Source of the DNA: Alphaproteobacteria bacterium
GTDB lineage: Bacteria > Pseudomonadota > Alphaproteobacteria > RF32 > CAG-239
DNA: 64,000 nucleotides
Reading direction: 5' to 3'
Assembly (NCBI GenBank): GCA_017477185.1
Contig: JAFUXF010000026.1
Span: 2,215-66,214 of the forward strand
The position numbers were made by a program, and so were the translations under genes. The notes beneath the pieces are model-generated. The model was not told the origin of the DNA and did not search any database. It worked only from the letters and a program-made list of their open reading frames with translations. Positions 10,187 to 20,700 of the stretch are shown here, piece by piece (positions within the stretch are counted from its first letter, which is position 1; each line of letters starts with the position of its first letter).

Positions 10187-13100
10187 TCAGTTCCTACGGT
10201 TTTTAGCAACTTCCGGCAAAGCATACCCAGAAATCTGCTTATCCATATTAACAAATGAGCCGTTATTTTTTATGTATCCGCTTTCTTTTCCCATTTCGTC
10301 GACAACAATTCCTTTAGCATTCAATCTCCCGATATATTTGCCTTCATTATTCAATATTGTTGCTCCAATTTTATATATTTTCCCCAAAATATTTTCGTTA
10401 CTATCAACTGCTAAATCGTTAGAGACGACACGTCCGACAACGACACCGCTGTTGTTGGTAATTTTACCATCAAAATTAACATAGCCTACCATTTTATCTG
10501 AGTTATCAATAACAATATCGCCGTCCAAAATATCCCCATACAACTTTCCATTACTGCTGATAACTTGTCCATCAGATAACACTCTGCCGATAACGATATT
10601 TTCTTTGTCGGCAACGGCCCCATTGGGCAGTGTTACGCCAGCTAAATTACCACCGAAATCAATAATTGTACCTCGTTTAAGTAACGTCAAATTTTTATCC
10701 GATGAGCCACCAGGAAGAATTGCAGAAATAACCGTGTTATTCAAATCAAGAACGTCCCCTAATGTGTTTGTATATCCTTGATAATTTCCCCAAATATCTA
10801 CTAAAATATTTTCCGGTAATATTTCACCAATCAATTTTCCTTGTACATCAACAGCTTTACCATCGGAAGTCGTATGCCCGACAACTTTACCATTTACGCT
10901 CAAAATCTCACCATTTTTCAAGCTGTAGCCTAAATATTGACCATCATACCCTACCGCAGCCCCTGTTTTGACAAGACCTCCCAGATATTCTCCTTTGTCA
11001 TTAAAGAAATTACCTTTGCCATCTATTTTTCCAAGTATTGCCCCATACGGACTGACAACTTTTCCATCATAAGATACAAGCCCTAAGCCTTTACCATTGA
11101 AATCAACAACTTGTCCTTGCTCAACGGGAACACCTATTTGATGATTGAAAAATCCAAAACCATCACCTATAATTTTTCCTAAATTACCACCTCTCATATT
11201 ATAAACACTCCCATCAGGGAATAATCTTCCTAAAAATTCTCCTGAAGCATCTATAAAGGAGGTTTTTTCATTCATCAGCACGCCAATAACTTTATTTGAC
11301 GAATCAGCAACTAAATTATTTACAAAAATCTTTCCTGCTTCCTTACCGACTAATCCGATTTCTCCGTTAGAATCGACAATATTGAGGAAATTTCCATTTA
11401 AGTCATACGCATAATTTTTTTCAAGAACATGACCTATGTACTTTCCATCATCATCAAAAACATCGCCATTTATGCCAACGCATCCTATTATATCCGAATT
11501 TGAGGAAACAACGTGATTATCATCAGATATTCGTCCCAAAAACAAACCATCATATCCTATTGCAACACCTTGTTTTCTTATTGCTCCGACAATATCTCCC
11601 TGTTCGTTTAAAACTGTCCCGTCCGGATTTATACAACCGACATACGTTCCTTCCGGTGTTTTAACAATACCATCAGAACCAGCCTCTCCGAGATATACGC
11701 AATTATTATTATATACAGAACCGATTTTGCTTATCTCTCCCACATATTTTCCCGTACTGTCAACGACGACACCATCGAACATAATTTTCAGCTTGGTATC
11801 CGTTATCCCTTTCATAATTTTACCGTTTTTATCAAGGTATCCGATATTTTTACAGCCATACCCGACAGCCATGCCGCTTCGTACCAATTTACCAATAACT
11901 TCCGAACCTGCCGGATCTTTTACCAAACCATTTGCCAAAACCCTGCCTATAACTTGCCCTTCTTTTTCGACAGTTCCTTGATTAGAAATCGTTCCTAAAA
12001 CGCTACCATCAGGAGCTATCGGTAGCATTTGCATCTGCACCAAGGCACCAATACTCTTACTGAATCGGCTTATAATATTCCCTTGAGCATCAATGTAGCC
12101 GATTAATTGACCACTACCATCATAGATTTGACCATCTGATGTTGCATACCCGATAATTCGCCCATTTTTATCCAAAACAAGATTAACGAAATCCCCTGCT
12201 TTGCCGATAATATTACCATTGGCGTCAACCAATGTTCCATCATCAAGCATCTTCCCTAAAATATTTCCTTTAAAGTCCACAACATTTCCGTTTTCATCCA
12301 CATATCCTATGACGTTACCATCTTTATCATAGGCTAACCGCCGCAAATCATCAACACTCAACTCTGACGCATAACCGATGACATTACCATCTTTATCAAC
12401 AACTGTTCCATCAGAAAGAACTGTACCAATAATATTTCCATTGGCATCCACAACATTTCCGTTTTCATCAATATATCCTATCATATTGCCGTTTTTATCA
12501 TAAGCAATTTGCGGCCGATGTGCTGCTTTAGCTGTTCCGATAAGATTGCCTTTTGCATCGTAAATATTACCGTTTTTATCTATTTTACCAATAACGTTTC
12601 CGTTTAAATCCACCATGGTGCCATCCGGATTAACTTTTCCAACTAATTTTCCGTTGGCATCATACATATTACCGTCGGCATCAACATAGCCCATAATCTT
12701 ACCATTAGAATCATATAGAATCTGCTTGGCTGCCTGTTCAATATTTTTTGCTTTTCCGATTAGACGACCATTCGCATCATACATATTGCCGTCTTTATCT
12801 AATTTACCAATAATATTTCCTTTTAAATCAGTAATTGTTCCATCCGGATTAACCTTTCCTATCAGCCTACCGCTGGCATCATACATATTACCATCGGCAT
12901 CTATTCGACCAATAATATTGCCATTATTATCATACAAAATTTTTTCTTTATTTTTGGATGCTGCGGCTTTTCCAATAACGTTGCCATTATTATCCACCAC
13001 CGTGCCATCAGCCAACATCCGTCCTATAGCATTTCCATCCTTATCGACAACTGTTCCATCCGGATTAACATAACCAATGACTTTACCGTTAGCATCATAA

Positions 13101-14380
13101 ACTAATCGACGATTTTCGTCGGCATGCCCTTTTATATTTTTAGTAATAACATTGCCATCTTTGTCAATAAAGCCAACGACCTTCCCATCTTTATCAACGA
13201 CGCTGCCATCAGGCATCACAATACCTAAAACATGTCCGTCTTTATCTATTGCAACACGGCCTTGCTTACTGACGCGCCCGAGGATTTTTCCATCAAGTCC
13301 GATAACCTCACCATTCTTATTTAGGCGACCAATCACATTTCCTTCGCTATCAACCACACTACCATCTGATAAAACACGCCCGATAATATTACCATTTTCA
13401 TCATAAACAAAACCGGCATCAACAGCTTGTCCGATAACATTTCCATCGGCATCAACAACTGTCCCGTCAGGTAACGCTCTTCCTATTATTTTTCCGTTTG
13501 CATCAACAACCGTTCCATCTGCGAGAACTCTACCAATGACATTGCCATTTGCATCATAAACTAATCGCTGATTTTCTGCCACTCCAATAATATTGCCGTT
13601 TTCATCTACAATCATGCCATTGGCATTAACTCTTCCTATTACATTGCCATCGGCATCTCGAACATACCCGTCCTCATCTATTGTGCCAAGAATTTCACCA
13701 TTAGCTCCTATTGCATAACGAACATTTGTATTTGAAGCAGGTGTCCCCTTTGCTAACCCAAGACTTGTCGGATCACAAAAATTACAATCTTCTTTGAGAA
13801 TCGCTTTACCCTCAACAGGCACTTTTTGCGATTTATTGCTCCCTGAACTTAAATTAGCTTCACGCCATGTAATAATAAAATTATTTTGAACATTACCGGC
13901 AACGACAGGTACCCAGTTCATTGTTATATCACAAGTCTGATGACCTCTTAACACTTGGTTACTGCACTCTTCTTTGAACGAAAAGCCATCAAAAGGCGGC
14001 TCGGCTAGTTCAACCGAGACAATACGAACACTGACCCGTCCTGTTGTCCCTATCGTCAACACATTTTTAGCATCTGTTCCAATTACAACTTGCCCCATAG
14101 CGATAGGATTAGGTGTTGTTGTAATTGGTAATTCTCCATTATCAACCGTTTCAAATTCTATACTTTCCTGAATCGGGTCTTCACTCCGGATATCTAAGGC
14201 ATCATCACTTGCCGTAAATACCGGTGCCATATATTGCTCCTCTTCCTCCTCATCACGCATTAAAAGTAATAAACCAAGAATAAAAATGACTAAAGAAATA
14301 ACACCAACCATAATAATTATATGGTTAGTTTTTCTTACATAATTTTCTGATCTGGTTAAAATTTCTCTTTCATCTTTCAT
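10187..14380 (-). CDS. giant membrane-anchored repeat protein (1397 aa) with the same GNVIGRV..DGTVVD repeat family
   Basis: The N-terminus MKDEREILTRSENYVRKTNH plus TM IIIMVGVISLVIFILGLLLLM gives a type II anchor, like the VirB10 N-terminus. It is followed by an acidic stretch, a Cys-containing domain, then ~35 repeat units. The gene lies between virB9 and the giant virB10, separated from the latter by a 25-nt spacer. Confidence 0.7.
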   Translation of the reverse strand: MKDEREILTRSENYVRKTNHIIIMVGVISLVIFILGLLLLMRDEEEEEQYMAPVFTASDDALDIRSEDPIQESIEFETVDNGELPITTTPNPIAMGQVVIGTDAKNVLTIGTTGRVSVRIVSVELAEPPFDGFSFKEECSNQVLRGHQTCDITMNWVPVVAGNVQNNFIITWREANLSSGSNKSQKVPVEGKAILKEDCNFCDPTSLGLAKGTPASNTNVRYAIGANGEILGTIDEDGYVRDADGNVIGRVNANGMIVDENGNIIGVAENQRLVYDANGNVIGRVLADGTVVDANGKIIGRALPDGTVVDADGNVIGQAVDAGFVYDENGNIIGRVLSDGSVVDSEGNVIGRLNKNGEVIGLDGKILGRVSKQGRVAIDKDGHVLGIVMPDGSVVDKDGKVVGFIDKDGNVITKNIKGHADENRRLVYDANGKVIGYVNPDGTVVDKDGNAIGRMLADGTVVDNNGNVIGKAAASKNKEKILYDNNGNIIGRIDADGNMYDASGRLIGKVNPDGTITDLKGNIIGKLDKDGNMYDANGRLIGKAKNIEQAAKQILYDSNGKIMGYVDADGNMYDANGKLVGKVNPDGTMVDLNGNVIGKIDKNGNIYDAKGNLIGTAKAAHRPQIAYDKNGNMIGYIDENGNVVDANGNIIGTVLSDGTVVDKDGNVIGYASELSVDDLRRLAYDKDGNVIGYVDENGNVVDFKGNILGKMLDDGTLVDANGNIIGKAGDFVNLVLDKNGRIIGYATSDGQIYDGSGQLIGYIDAQGNIISRFSKSIGALVQMQMLPIAPDGSVLGTISNQGTVEKEGQVIGRVLANGLVKDPAGSEVIGKLVRSGMAVGYGCKNIGYLDKNGKIMKGITDTKLKIMFDGVVVDSTGKYVGEISKIGSVYNNNCVYLGEAGSDGIVKTPEGTYVGCINPDGTVLNEQGDIVGAIRKQGVAIGYDGLFLGRISDDNHVVSSNSDIIGCVGINGDVFDDDGKYIGHVLEKNYAYDLNGNFLNIVDSNGEIGLVGKEAGKIFVNNLVADSSNKVIGVLMNEKTSFIDASGEFLGRLFPDGSVYNMRGGNLGKIIGDGFGFFNHQIGVPVEQGQVVDFNGKGLGLVSYDGKVVSPYGAILGKIDGKGNFFNDKGEYLGGLVKTGAAVGYDGQYLGYSLKNGEILSVNGKVVGHTTSDGKAVDVQGKLIGEILPENILVDIWGNYQGYTNTLGDVLDLNNTVISAILPGGSSDKNLTLLKRGTIIDFGGNLAGVTLPNGAVADKENIVIGRVLSDGQVISSNGKLYGDILDGDIVIDNSDKMVGYVNFDGKITNNSGVVVGRVVSNDLAVDSNENILGKIYKIGATILNNEGKYIGRLNAKGIVVDEMGKESGYIKNNGSFVNMDKQISGYALPEVAKNRRN
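10300..13710 (-). repeat. in-frame degenerate tandem repeat array (same ~17-aa family) inside the 1397-aa gene
   Basis: Repeated DANGNVIGRVLADGTVVD / DENGNIIGRVLSDGSVVD-type units are visible in the translation. Degeneracy increases toward the C-terminus. Confidence 0.6.
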
Positions 14381-15960
14381 TGCGTTCTAACCACGCTGCA
14401 AAATACACCATTTCTTCCTAATCGACTGCAGACATCATCACCTTCCTGCAACGTCTCAATCGGACCAACTCTTAAATGAAACAGTTCTTTTCCTTGTCCG
14501 TCAGCAGCCGCATCAACCGAGAAAAATGGTTCATATTGTTTTAATGTATCAGAATATTTTTTAGATAACGAGCCCCATAAGCTCTCTAAATTACTGACAT
14601 TACTATCTGTCCCCAACTCTATAGATATATTGCTGTTGTCTGCAAACATCAGTCCTTGTCCTTTACCTCCTCTGTTAGCATAACTGCCTTCCGGTGCATA
14701 ATTTCCGTCGTTTGTAATACGTTGCATATTGGCATAATCAAAATCCCCCTGATTATTTCCATATCCAGGACGATAAGTAATATTCACGCCACCGTTTGGA
14801 TTTTGGCTGTAATTTGATAAAACAAAATTTCCACTGCCACTTGACATATTGTCTCCACCACTATTATCACCCAATCCGCCATTCTTGCCTGGGATTGGGG
14901 CCGGAACTTGCCATTGATGTTCATCTAAATCTTTAGTAGTCGGTGCAAATTCTAATCCGGCTTCATCAGAACGTCTCAATTTCAGACAAACCATTCTCTT
15001 ACCATTCCGCATAACCATATCGCCTATACCCTCAACGATGATTAAGCGATTATTGGGTCCTTTTGTTCTAAAGCCAACCGGCACTTCCAGACGTTCAACA
15101 ATCAGCGTTACGATAGGGCGTTGCGTCATTGTCAATGATTTTTCCCCTAAATCAATATAAGTAAAAATATCATCTCGCCATACTCGTTCCGGTGCAATGA
15201 CAACATCCTCAGGATTTGGAATATAGACTTCAACATCAAACCTAAATTTTGAAGCATCTAGAGGAATAGATTTTATCCAATCTTCTCTTTGAAAACTTTT
15301 AGTAAATAAAGAATCGACAGATTTATTCGGCCCACCTCTATAGGTTGAGGCATTTACTCCGCTGTGTCCACCAATACTTCCCGCAGAAACTCCTGCACCA
15401 CGAGATCCTGACGGACCGTCAATCACATCAACATCGATAATTGAGTTTGTCAGTCGTTCTGTGTTTACCCCTTCACTCTTCAGATAAAAGACATACTTAT
15501 TACCGCTTCTGCCAAAGATCACAATATTTGTATCCACTCCAACATTTGCTCCTTTTTTAGGATAAAGGAGCACTGTGTTCGGACCGGAAATTTGTCCGTC
15601 AAAGCTCGAGCTATCACCTAAATAAATATCCTCAACTAATTCCCAACTCGGAAAATTAAGTAAAGTAATCATTCCTTCTCTCACACGAATTGGCAATATT
15701 AAATCCGGAGACCAATAATATTTGGAATAAGCAGGCTTGCTTTGCCCTTCTCCCAAGTTTTGCAACGGATCAAGCCACGCACTTTGCGTCATTCCCAAAG
15801 CATTAAAGCCGGCATATCCCATATTCATAGGCATGTACATTCCCTGACTCTGATCAGCATTCTGATCCAAGCTCCCCATAGTTGCCTGAGAGCGTGCATT
15901 TTGAGTACCGCTCATTATGATGATAATTAAAAATAAAATTCGACCAAATGCCTTAATCAT
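14377..15960 (-). CDS. virB9: enlarged VirB9-like protein (527 aa): signal peptide, VirB9 N-domain, G/N-rich spacer, possible C-terminal SPOR-like domain
   Basis: The VirB9 N-domain pattern is present (GDSSSFDGQISGPNTVLLYPKKGANVGVDTNIVIFGRSGNKYVFYLKS, resembling 'gn.l.vKP...TNL.V.Td.r.Y.F.L'). The C-terminal ...GKELFHLRVGPIETLQEGDDVCSRLGRNGVFCSVV resembles the yRVrvGPf...A..lC..L...G..C.vv end of SPOR domains. The size is comparable to CagX-type VirB9 proteins. Confidence 0.7.
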   Translation of the reverse strand: MIKAFGRILFLIIIIMSGTQNARSQATMGSLDQNADQSQGMYMPMNMGYAGFNALGMTQSAWLDPLQNLGEGQSKPAYSKYYWSPDLILPIRVREGMITLLNFPSWELVEDIYLGDSSSFDGQISGPNTVLLYPKKGANVGVDTNIVIFGRSGNKYVFYLKSEGVNTERLTNSIIDVDVIDGPSGSRGAGVSAGSIGGHSGVNASTYRGGPNKSVDSLFTKSFQREDWIKSIPLDASKFRFDVEVYIPNPEDVVIAPERVWRDDIFTYIDLGEKSLTMTQRPIVTLIVERLEVPVGFRTKGPNNRLIIVEGIGDMVMRNGKRMVCLKLRRSDEAGLEFAPTTKDLDEHQWQVPAPIPGKNGGLGDNSGGDNMSSGSGNFVLSNYSQNPNGGVNITYRPGYGNNQGDFDYANMQRITNDGNYAPEGSYANRGGKGQGLMFADNSNISIELGTDSNVSNLESLWGSLSKKYSDTLKQYEPFFSVDAAADGQGKELFHLRVGPIETLQEGDDVCSRLGRNGVFCSVVRTQ

Positions 15961-15970
15961 TATTTTAACC

Positions 15971-16720
15971 TTATTTTGATTTATTACGCATTAAAGAATA
16001 TTGTACCACTGTAAATCCTACAGGATTATTCAAACGATCATTAAACTTGACAGATTTTCGGCGATAAACCACACGCAAAGATGCTGTCCAATAATTAATC
16101 TCCGGTGCAGATGATGACGGATACATATCTGTCGTTTCGTATTCTACTTGCCACAAACCGCGTCCCAGCTCATTAACTGTCAAAATATTAACTCTTCGCT
16201 GTAATCCTCTTTGTCGAACCAAATCTAAAGCTCGCCTAGCCGTTTTATTAATAAACTCATCATATACAGCAGATGATGACATTTCCTGAATTGGACCACC
16301 CGGAAGCCAGCGAACTTCCATTTCTGCCTCATCATTAACAATTGTGCTGCGTTGGAGAACATAACTTCGAACAAATGTTTCCGTAATGGATTTGTTTTCG
16401 ACTAAATCTCCACTGTAAGGTACAATATTATATATTTGTTCTTCTTTATTTTGAAATGTCAGCAAATACGGCTCAACTCTAAACAAAGGAATAACCTGAG
16501 CAATAGCAAGTAACAAAACAATATTACAGCATAAACTGACAACCATGATAACAGCAAAAGCACGCGCTGTCCACAAATAACGTTTTTCGTTATTATTTGC
16601 AACAAACACATTTTCTTGTTGAGGACGGCGCATTTGAGAACGCGAACTATTGTTCAGATTTGCTCTGCCTATCAGTTTCTGCTCGCTATTATTACCAAGC
16701 TGATTTGCCATCTGTCGCAT
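15971..16720 (-). CDS. virB8: VirB8-family protein (paralogue 2; bitopic, NTF2-like)
   Basis: Single TM (FAVIMVVSLCCNIVLLLAIAQVIPLF) after a cytoplasmic N-terminus. The C-terminal signature NNPVGFTVVQYS matches the VirB8 NPxGFxVxxY motif. Confidence 0.8.
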   Translation of the reverse strand: MRQMANQLGNNSEQKLIGRANLNNSSRSQMRRPQQENVFVANNNEKRYLWTARAFAVIMVVSLCCNIVLLLAIAQVIPLFRVEPYLLTFQNKEEQIYNIVPYSGDLVENKSITETFVRSYVLQRSTIVNDEAEMEVRWLPGGPIQEMSSSAVYDEFINKTARRALDLVRQRGLQRRVNILTVNELGRGLWQVEYETTDMYPSSSAPEINYWTASLRVVYRRKSVKFNDRLNNPVGFTVVQYSLMRNKSK

Positions 16721-16726
16721 TTCCTA

Positions 16727-16930
16727 TTAAATTGTTTCAATAAACCAATCCGGCAAATCTTTAGGTAATTCAATATGCATACATGCACAAGGTGATAATT
16801 TTAATTCATCCACACCTTTACCCACGCCTACGGGTTCAGCCTCATAATATGACCCAAAAATACCACAGGAGGGCAACATTATGACTGCAACTACCATTAT
16901 AATTTTTTTTATCATTCTGAGATACCTCAT
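16727..16930 (-). CDS. small lipoprotein (67 aa), VirB7-like by position between the two virB8 genes
   Basis: Signal peptide MIKKIIMVVAVIMLPSC-G with Cys at the cleavage position, and a short mature part. Its position corresponds to VirB7 in T4SS operons. Confidence 0.4.
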   Translation of the reverse strand: MRYLRMIKKIIMVVAVIMLPSCGIFGSYYEAEPVGVGKGVDELKLSPCACMHIELPKDLPDWFIETI

Positions 16931-17013
16931 AATTAGTATACTAAACCAGCTAGTTTGAGGTTATACTCTTTTAAATTAAATGTCTAACATCATCTGAGAA
17001 TATCAACAAAGAA

Positions 17014-17769
17014 TTATAAACCCTCTACTTGAGTTTGCGAATAACGAAGAACTGTAAAGCCTAACGGATTGATAAGACGCATACCGGAAAACATACGCTC
17101 TTTAATAAATACTGCCGTGATTGAAGCTGTCCAATACCGAACTGTCATTAACATATCTTGCGAAACATTATTTGTTTCTTTAGGGCTCAGCATATAAGTC
17201 TTAAAATCAACTTTCCAAACGGGACTATGTTGTCCACCGATACGGCGTACCGCAATAATTTCTGTTTCTTGTACAATGCCCTTACCGATAACATCATTCC
17301 ATAGTTTATCTCTGTAAACTGAAAATTCATCAAAAACATATGGGGAAGACAGAAAATTTACCATACCTCCCGGCAACCATCTGTTACGCATTTCTATTTC
17401 ATCGTTTATAATGGTATTGCGCAACTCTATATATTGGCGAATATACATATCGACCAATTTATCTCTTGAGGGCATATTTATCCCTATGCTTTCTGCACGC
17501 ACAATACCTTCACTGCTATCCTGAGATACTACTAAAAACGGCTTTACCGTTACTTGCGGGGCTAGTCGAAAAAGGGCTAGTGATGCGCTGGTAAATAAGG
17601 ACAAAGACAATATGGTTAAAAAAATGAAAAAACGCACTAACCACATATAATACTTGAGTTTAAAGTTTTTTTCATCTTGTTCATATTGTTCGATAAATTC
17701 CAGACGGTGTTCTCTATTTCCATCTGTAATTTCTAAAATTCGACTTCCTTCTAGTTTATTTACAGCCAT
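17014..17769 (-). CDS. virB8: VirB8-family protein (paralogue 1)
   Basis: TM FFIFLTILSLSLFTSASLALF. C-terminal INPLGFTVLRYS VirB8 signature. Clearly diverged from the second copy, so both are likely functional. Confidence 0.8.
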   Translation of the reverse strand: MAVNKLEGSRILEITDGNREHRLEFIEQYEQDEKNFKLKYYMWLVRFFIFLTILSLSLFTSASLALFRLAPQVTVKPFLVVSQDSSEGIVRAESIGINMPSRDKLVDMYIRQYIELRNTIINDEIEMRNRWLPGGMVNFLSSPYVFDEFSVYRDKLWNDVIGKGIVQETEIIAVRRIGGQHSPVWKVDFKTYMLSPKETNNVSQDMLMTVRYWTASITAVFIKERMFSGMRLINPLGFTVLRYSQTQVEGL

Positions 17770-17778
17770 TTTCCTTCC

Positions 17779-20700
17779 CTAAAAATTGCCTGCGAGTTGT
17801 GAACAATAGATATTACCGATCTGATGCAACATACGCTTGAATTCCTTATCTGCCTCTTGTTTTTGTTTCGCTAAAACTTGACGATTTGTCTTTTCCGATT
17901 TTATTTTTTCCTCTAAATCAGCATCTGCTTTTGAGTTATCTGATACAACAGTATATGCTCCGTCATCTTTTTGGAAGACTTTTATCAAATCATTTATTTT
18001 CTGTATTCTTTGTTCAATAATCTCATTGTTATTATTTTGAAATGTCTTGACTTGAGAGGCGGCTGTAGAGATTAATTGGTTACGATACCTCATCAAAGTT
18101 TCATATGCTAATTTGTAGTCATCTTCATTAGCTAAATCAAAATCTTGTGCCGGCGTAAAACCGATTTTAGTAAATAATTCATATAAAGGTTTTTTGGCTT
18201 TTTCAATTTCAAACTGCATTTCAGCTTTGTTTTGACGACTCTGTTGCTCGTAATCTGCTCGCTTTAAGAAATCTCCGATTTGATTTTGGTGTAAACTGGC
18301 AATATCAAATAAAATATCTTTTTGCTCTATTTCTGTATTCGAATCTTTGTGGACATCTGACAGGCGTTGGAAAACATCTTTTGCCAATGCGTTATATTTT
18401 AAGCCATTATCGTATGTTAATATGTGTCCCAGCTCACTCATATTTTGTGAGGGTTTAAACTCACTTAATGATTTTACTTCAGCTATACCTGAAACATCAT
18501 CTGCAAGATTTTTCACGGTATAGTACAATCCTTTTCCTGATACTTCAATATCATAGCATGGATTGCATCCTTCCGCTTCAAGTTTTTTCCAGATTTGAGT
18601 TTCTTTTTCTTTTTGCTCTGTATCAAACATTCTGGCTGTAGCCGTGTATAATCTGTATCTATCCCCTGTTGAAGTAACCAAAAAATTTTTGTATAAACAC
18701 GGAAACATTCCGCCACTGGCCAGTCTTTCAACAGAAGGACGAATGACCGTACTTAAATCTATTTCTTTTTCAACATACGCCGGTTTTCTTAAAATATATT
18801 TCCAAATTTCGGGAACAAACGCGAGGTTGTTCAGTACACCTTCTGATGTAACCAATCCTGATGCACTTCTTGGAATATTGTCATATGTTCCGTAATCGAA
18901 ATAAAGGGTTTCCCTTATCGTCGGCAACGGAACATCCGGAACGGACTTCGGGGCACGGAAATCGCGGTGTTTACCTTCATTACTAACAAAATATTCAACA
19001 TCCGGTTCTTGACAATAATTATGCAAGCAGGCTTCTTCTACAATATATTTTTGGTAAATTGCTCGCAATAAAGACATAATCTCCCCATATGAGCTGTATG
19101 CACCGATATTTGAACTGTATTCAGTCAGTTCTTTTGTCGGCAATTCTCTCAGCTTGTTCATCAATTGCTTATGAATATCAACAACTTGTCTATGATTGTT
19201 GGGATTGTATAAACTATCTCCCATTGCATAAAGCTGATCAATTGTATCTTTTACCAATTCCTCTGCCACACCTCTTGTATCTACAACCAACTGATTAGCA
19301 TTGTTAAGTATTTCCGGTAAGCTAAAAAGATAGGGCGTTTCATCATCAATCATTGTCGGAACGCTAAAATGACTTTGAAAATATGAACTTAAATCCAAAT
19401 TCTTTACTTGGTCAATGGTATCAGCATACCTTTTTTCTTCATCTTGAATTTTATTATCATTTGCAACTGTTATCGCATTAGCCTCATTGGCATATGCATC
19501 ATTAACTTTTTGAATAGATAAAGGTATCTCCGTTTCTAATTTTGTTTTAAGTATATTTAATTGAGCTGTTGTTTCTTCTATCTTTTGATTAACATCAGCT
19601 AACTTTTGTTTTAGGGCTAATACTTTTTCTCGGTTTTCGCTCAAAACATTTTCCGTTTCGGCAATTGCATCAGGTTCATCATACTCTGTTTCAGTTATTT
19701 GAGTCTCGCTTCTTATATAAGTTTTGACAGATGAATCTTCATCTGCTTTTGGTGCTGTTTGCGAAAGCTGAGCATTTACAAGTTGTTGTGTTTGGCGATA
19801 AATTCCTTGTTCTATAAAGTAGCTTTGCTTTTCATTATCTGCCGGCAATTCTTTTTGATAAGTTTCCGTTGAGTTTTCTATCGCCTTAATACCAAGCCCA
19901 TCTTTTTCTTTTTGCAGTAATGTTTTTATTTTAGTCTCTGCACCGGATATTATTGTTTCAGCTTGTAAAATTTCTTCTTCCAGATCTTGTCTTTGAATAT
20001 TTAATGCATCTAACTGAGCTTGACTTCGATTTATTTTATTTACGAGTGTTTCTTTTTCTCGCTCAATATTAGCTAATTGCTGCTCTTTCCTATTATATAA
20101 AGCGTTTAATTTTTCTTTTTCTTCCGCAACCAGAGCATCAACATTATTGGTTATATTATTATTTTCCCTTAAAACTTTATCTTGCAAAAGTGCTAAAGCA
20201 TCAGCATTGTGTTGTTTTTCATCATAGTCCTCAACTAAATTATTCAGTTGTTCGGCAACTTTTAATGTTACTTCCAGGACATTAATTGCATTTAAGCGTT
20301 GTATGATTTTATCGTATTTTCCTTCTATATACTGATTGTAATAAGATTGCGTATCTTTCCATACGGGATAGGCTTTTTTTATTCTTCCCCACTTGCCGTT
20401 TATACCATTTTCTGCCTGATCCTTTGCTAGCATTTTGGCTGCTTCTGAACCGATATTCCATGCTAATTTTTCGCTGGCTTTGAGTTCTTCATCAACCTTC
20501 TTCTCTTTTGCTGCATTTTTAAAACCACCGCTTTTTTTATTAATTTGTGATTTAAGGCGGTCAGCTTGACTTAAATCAGAGCTATCAACCCCCTCCGTAG
20601 AAACGTTTAATTCACTAAAATCATCTGCTTCAGCAACAACTCCTGTATCTATTGCTTTTGCCACATTATATGCCTTTAGTGCCCAACCGGAAATTCCTTT

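Noticed and set aside
5300-13710. Possible CRISPR array suggested by the long run of regularly spaced repeats
   Set aside because: The repeats are contiguous with no unique spacers. They are degenerate rather than identical, and they maintain a single long reading frame. So these are coding tandem repeats, not a CRISPR locus. No cas genes are present.
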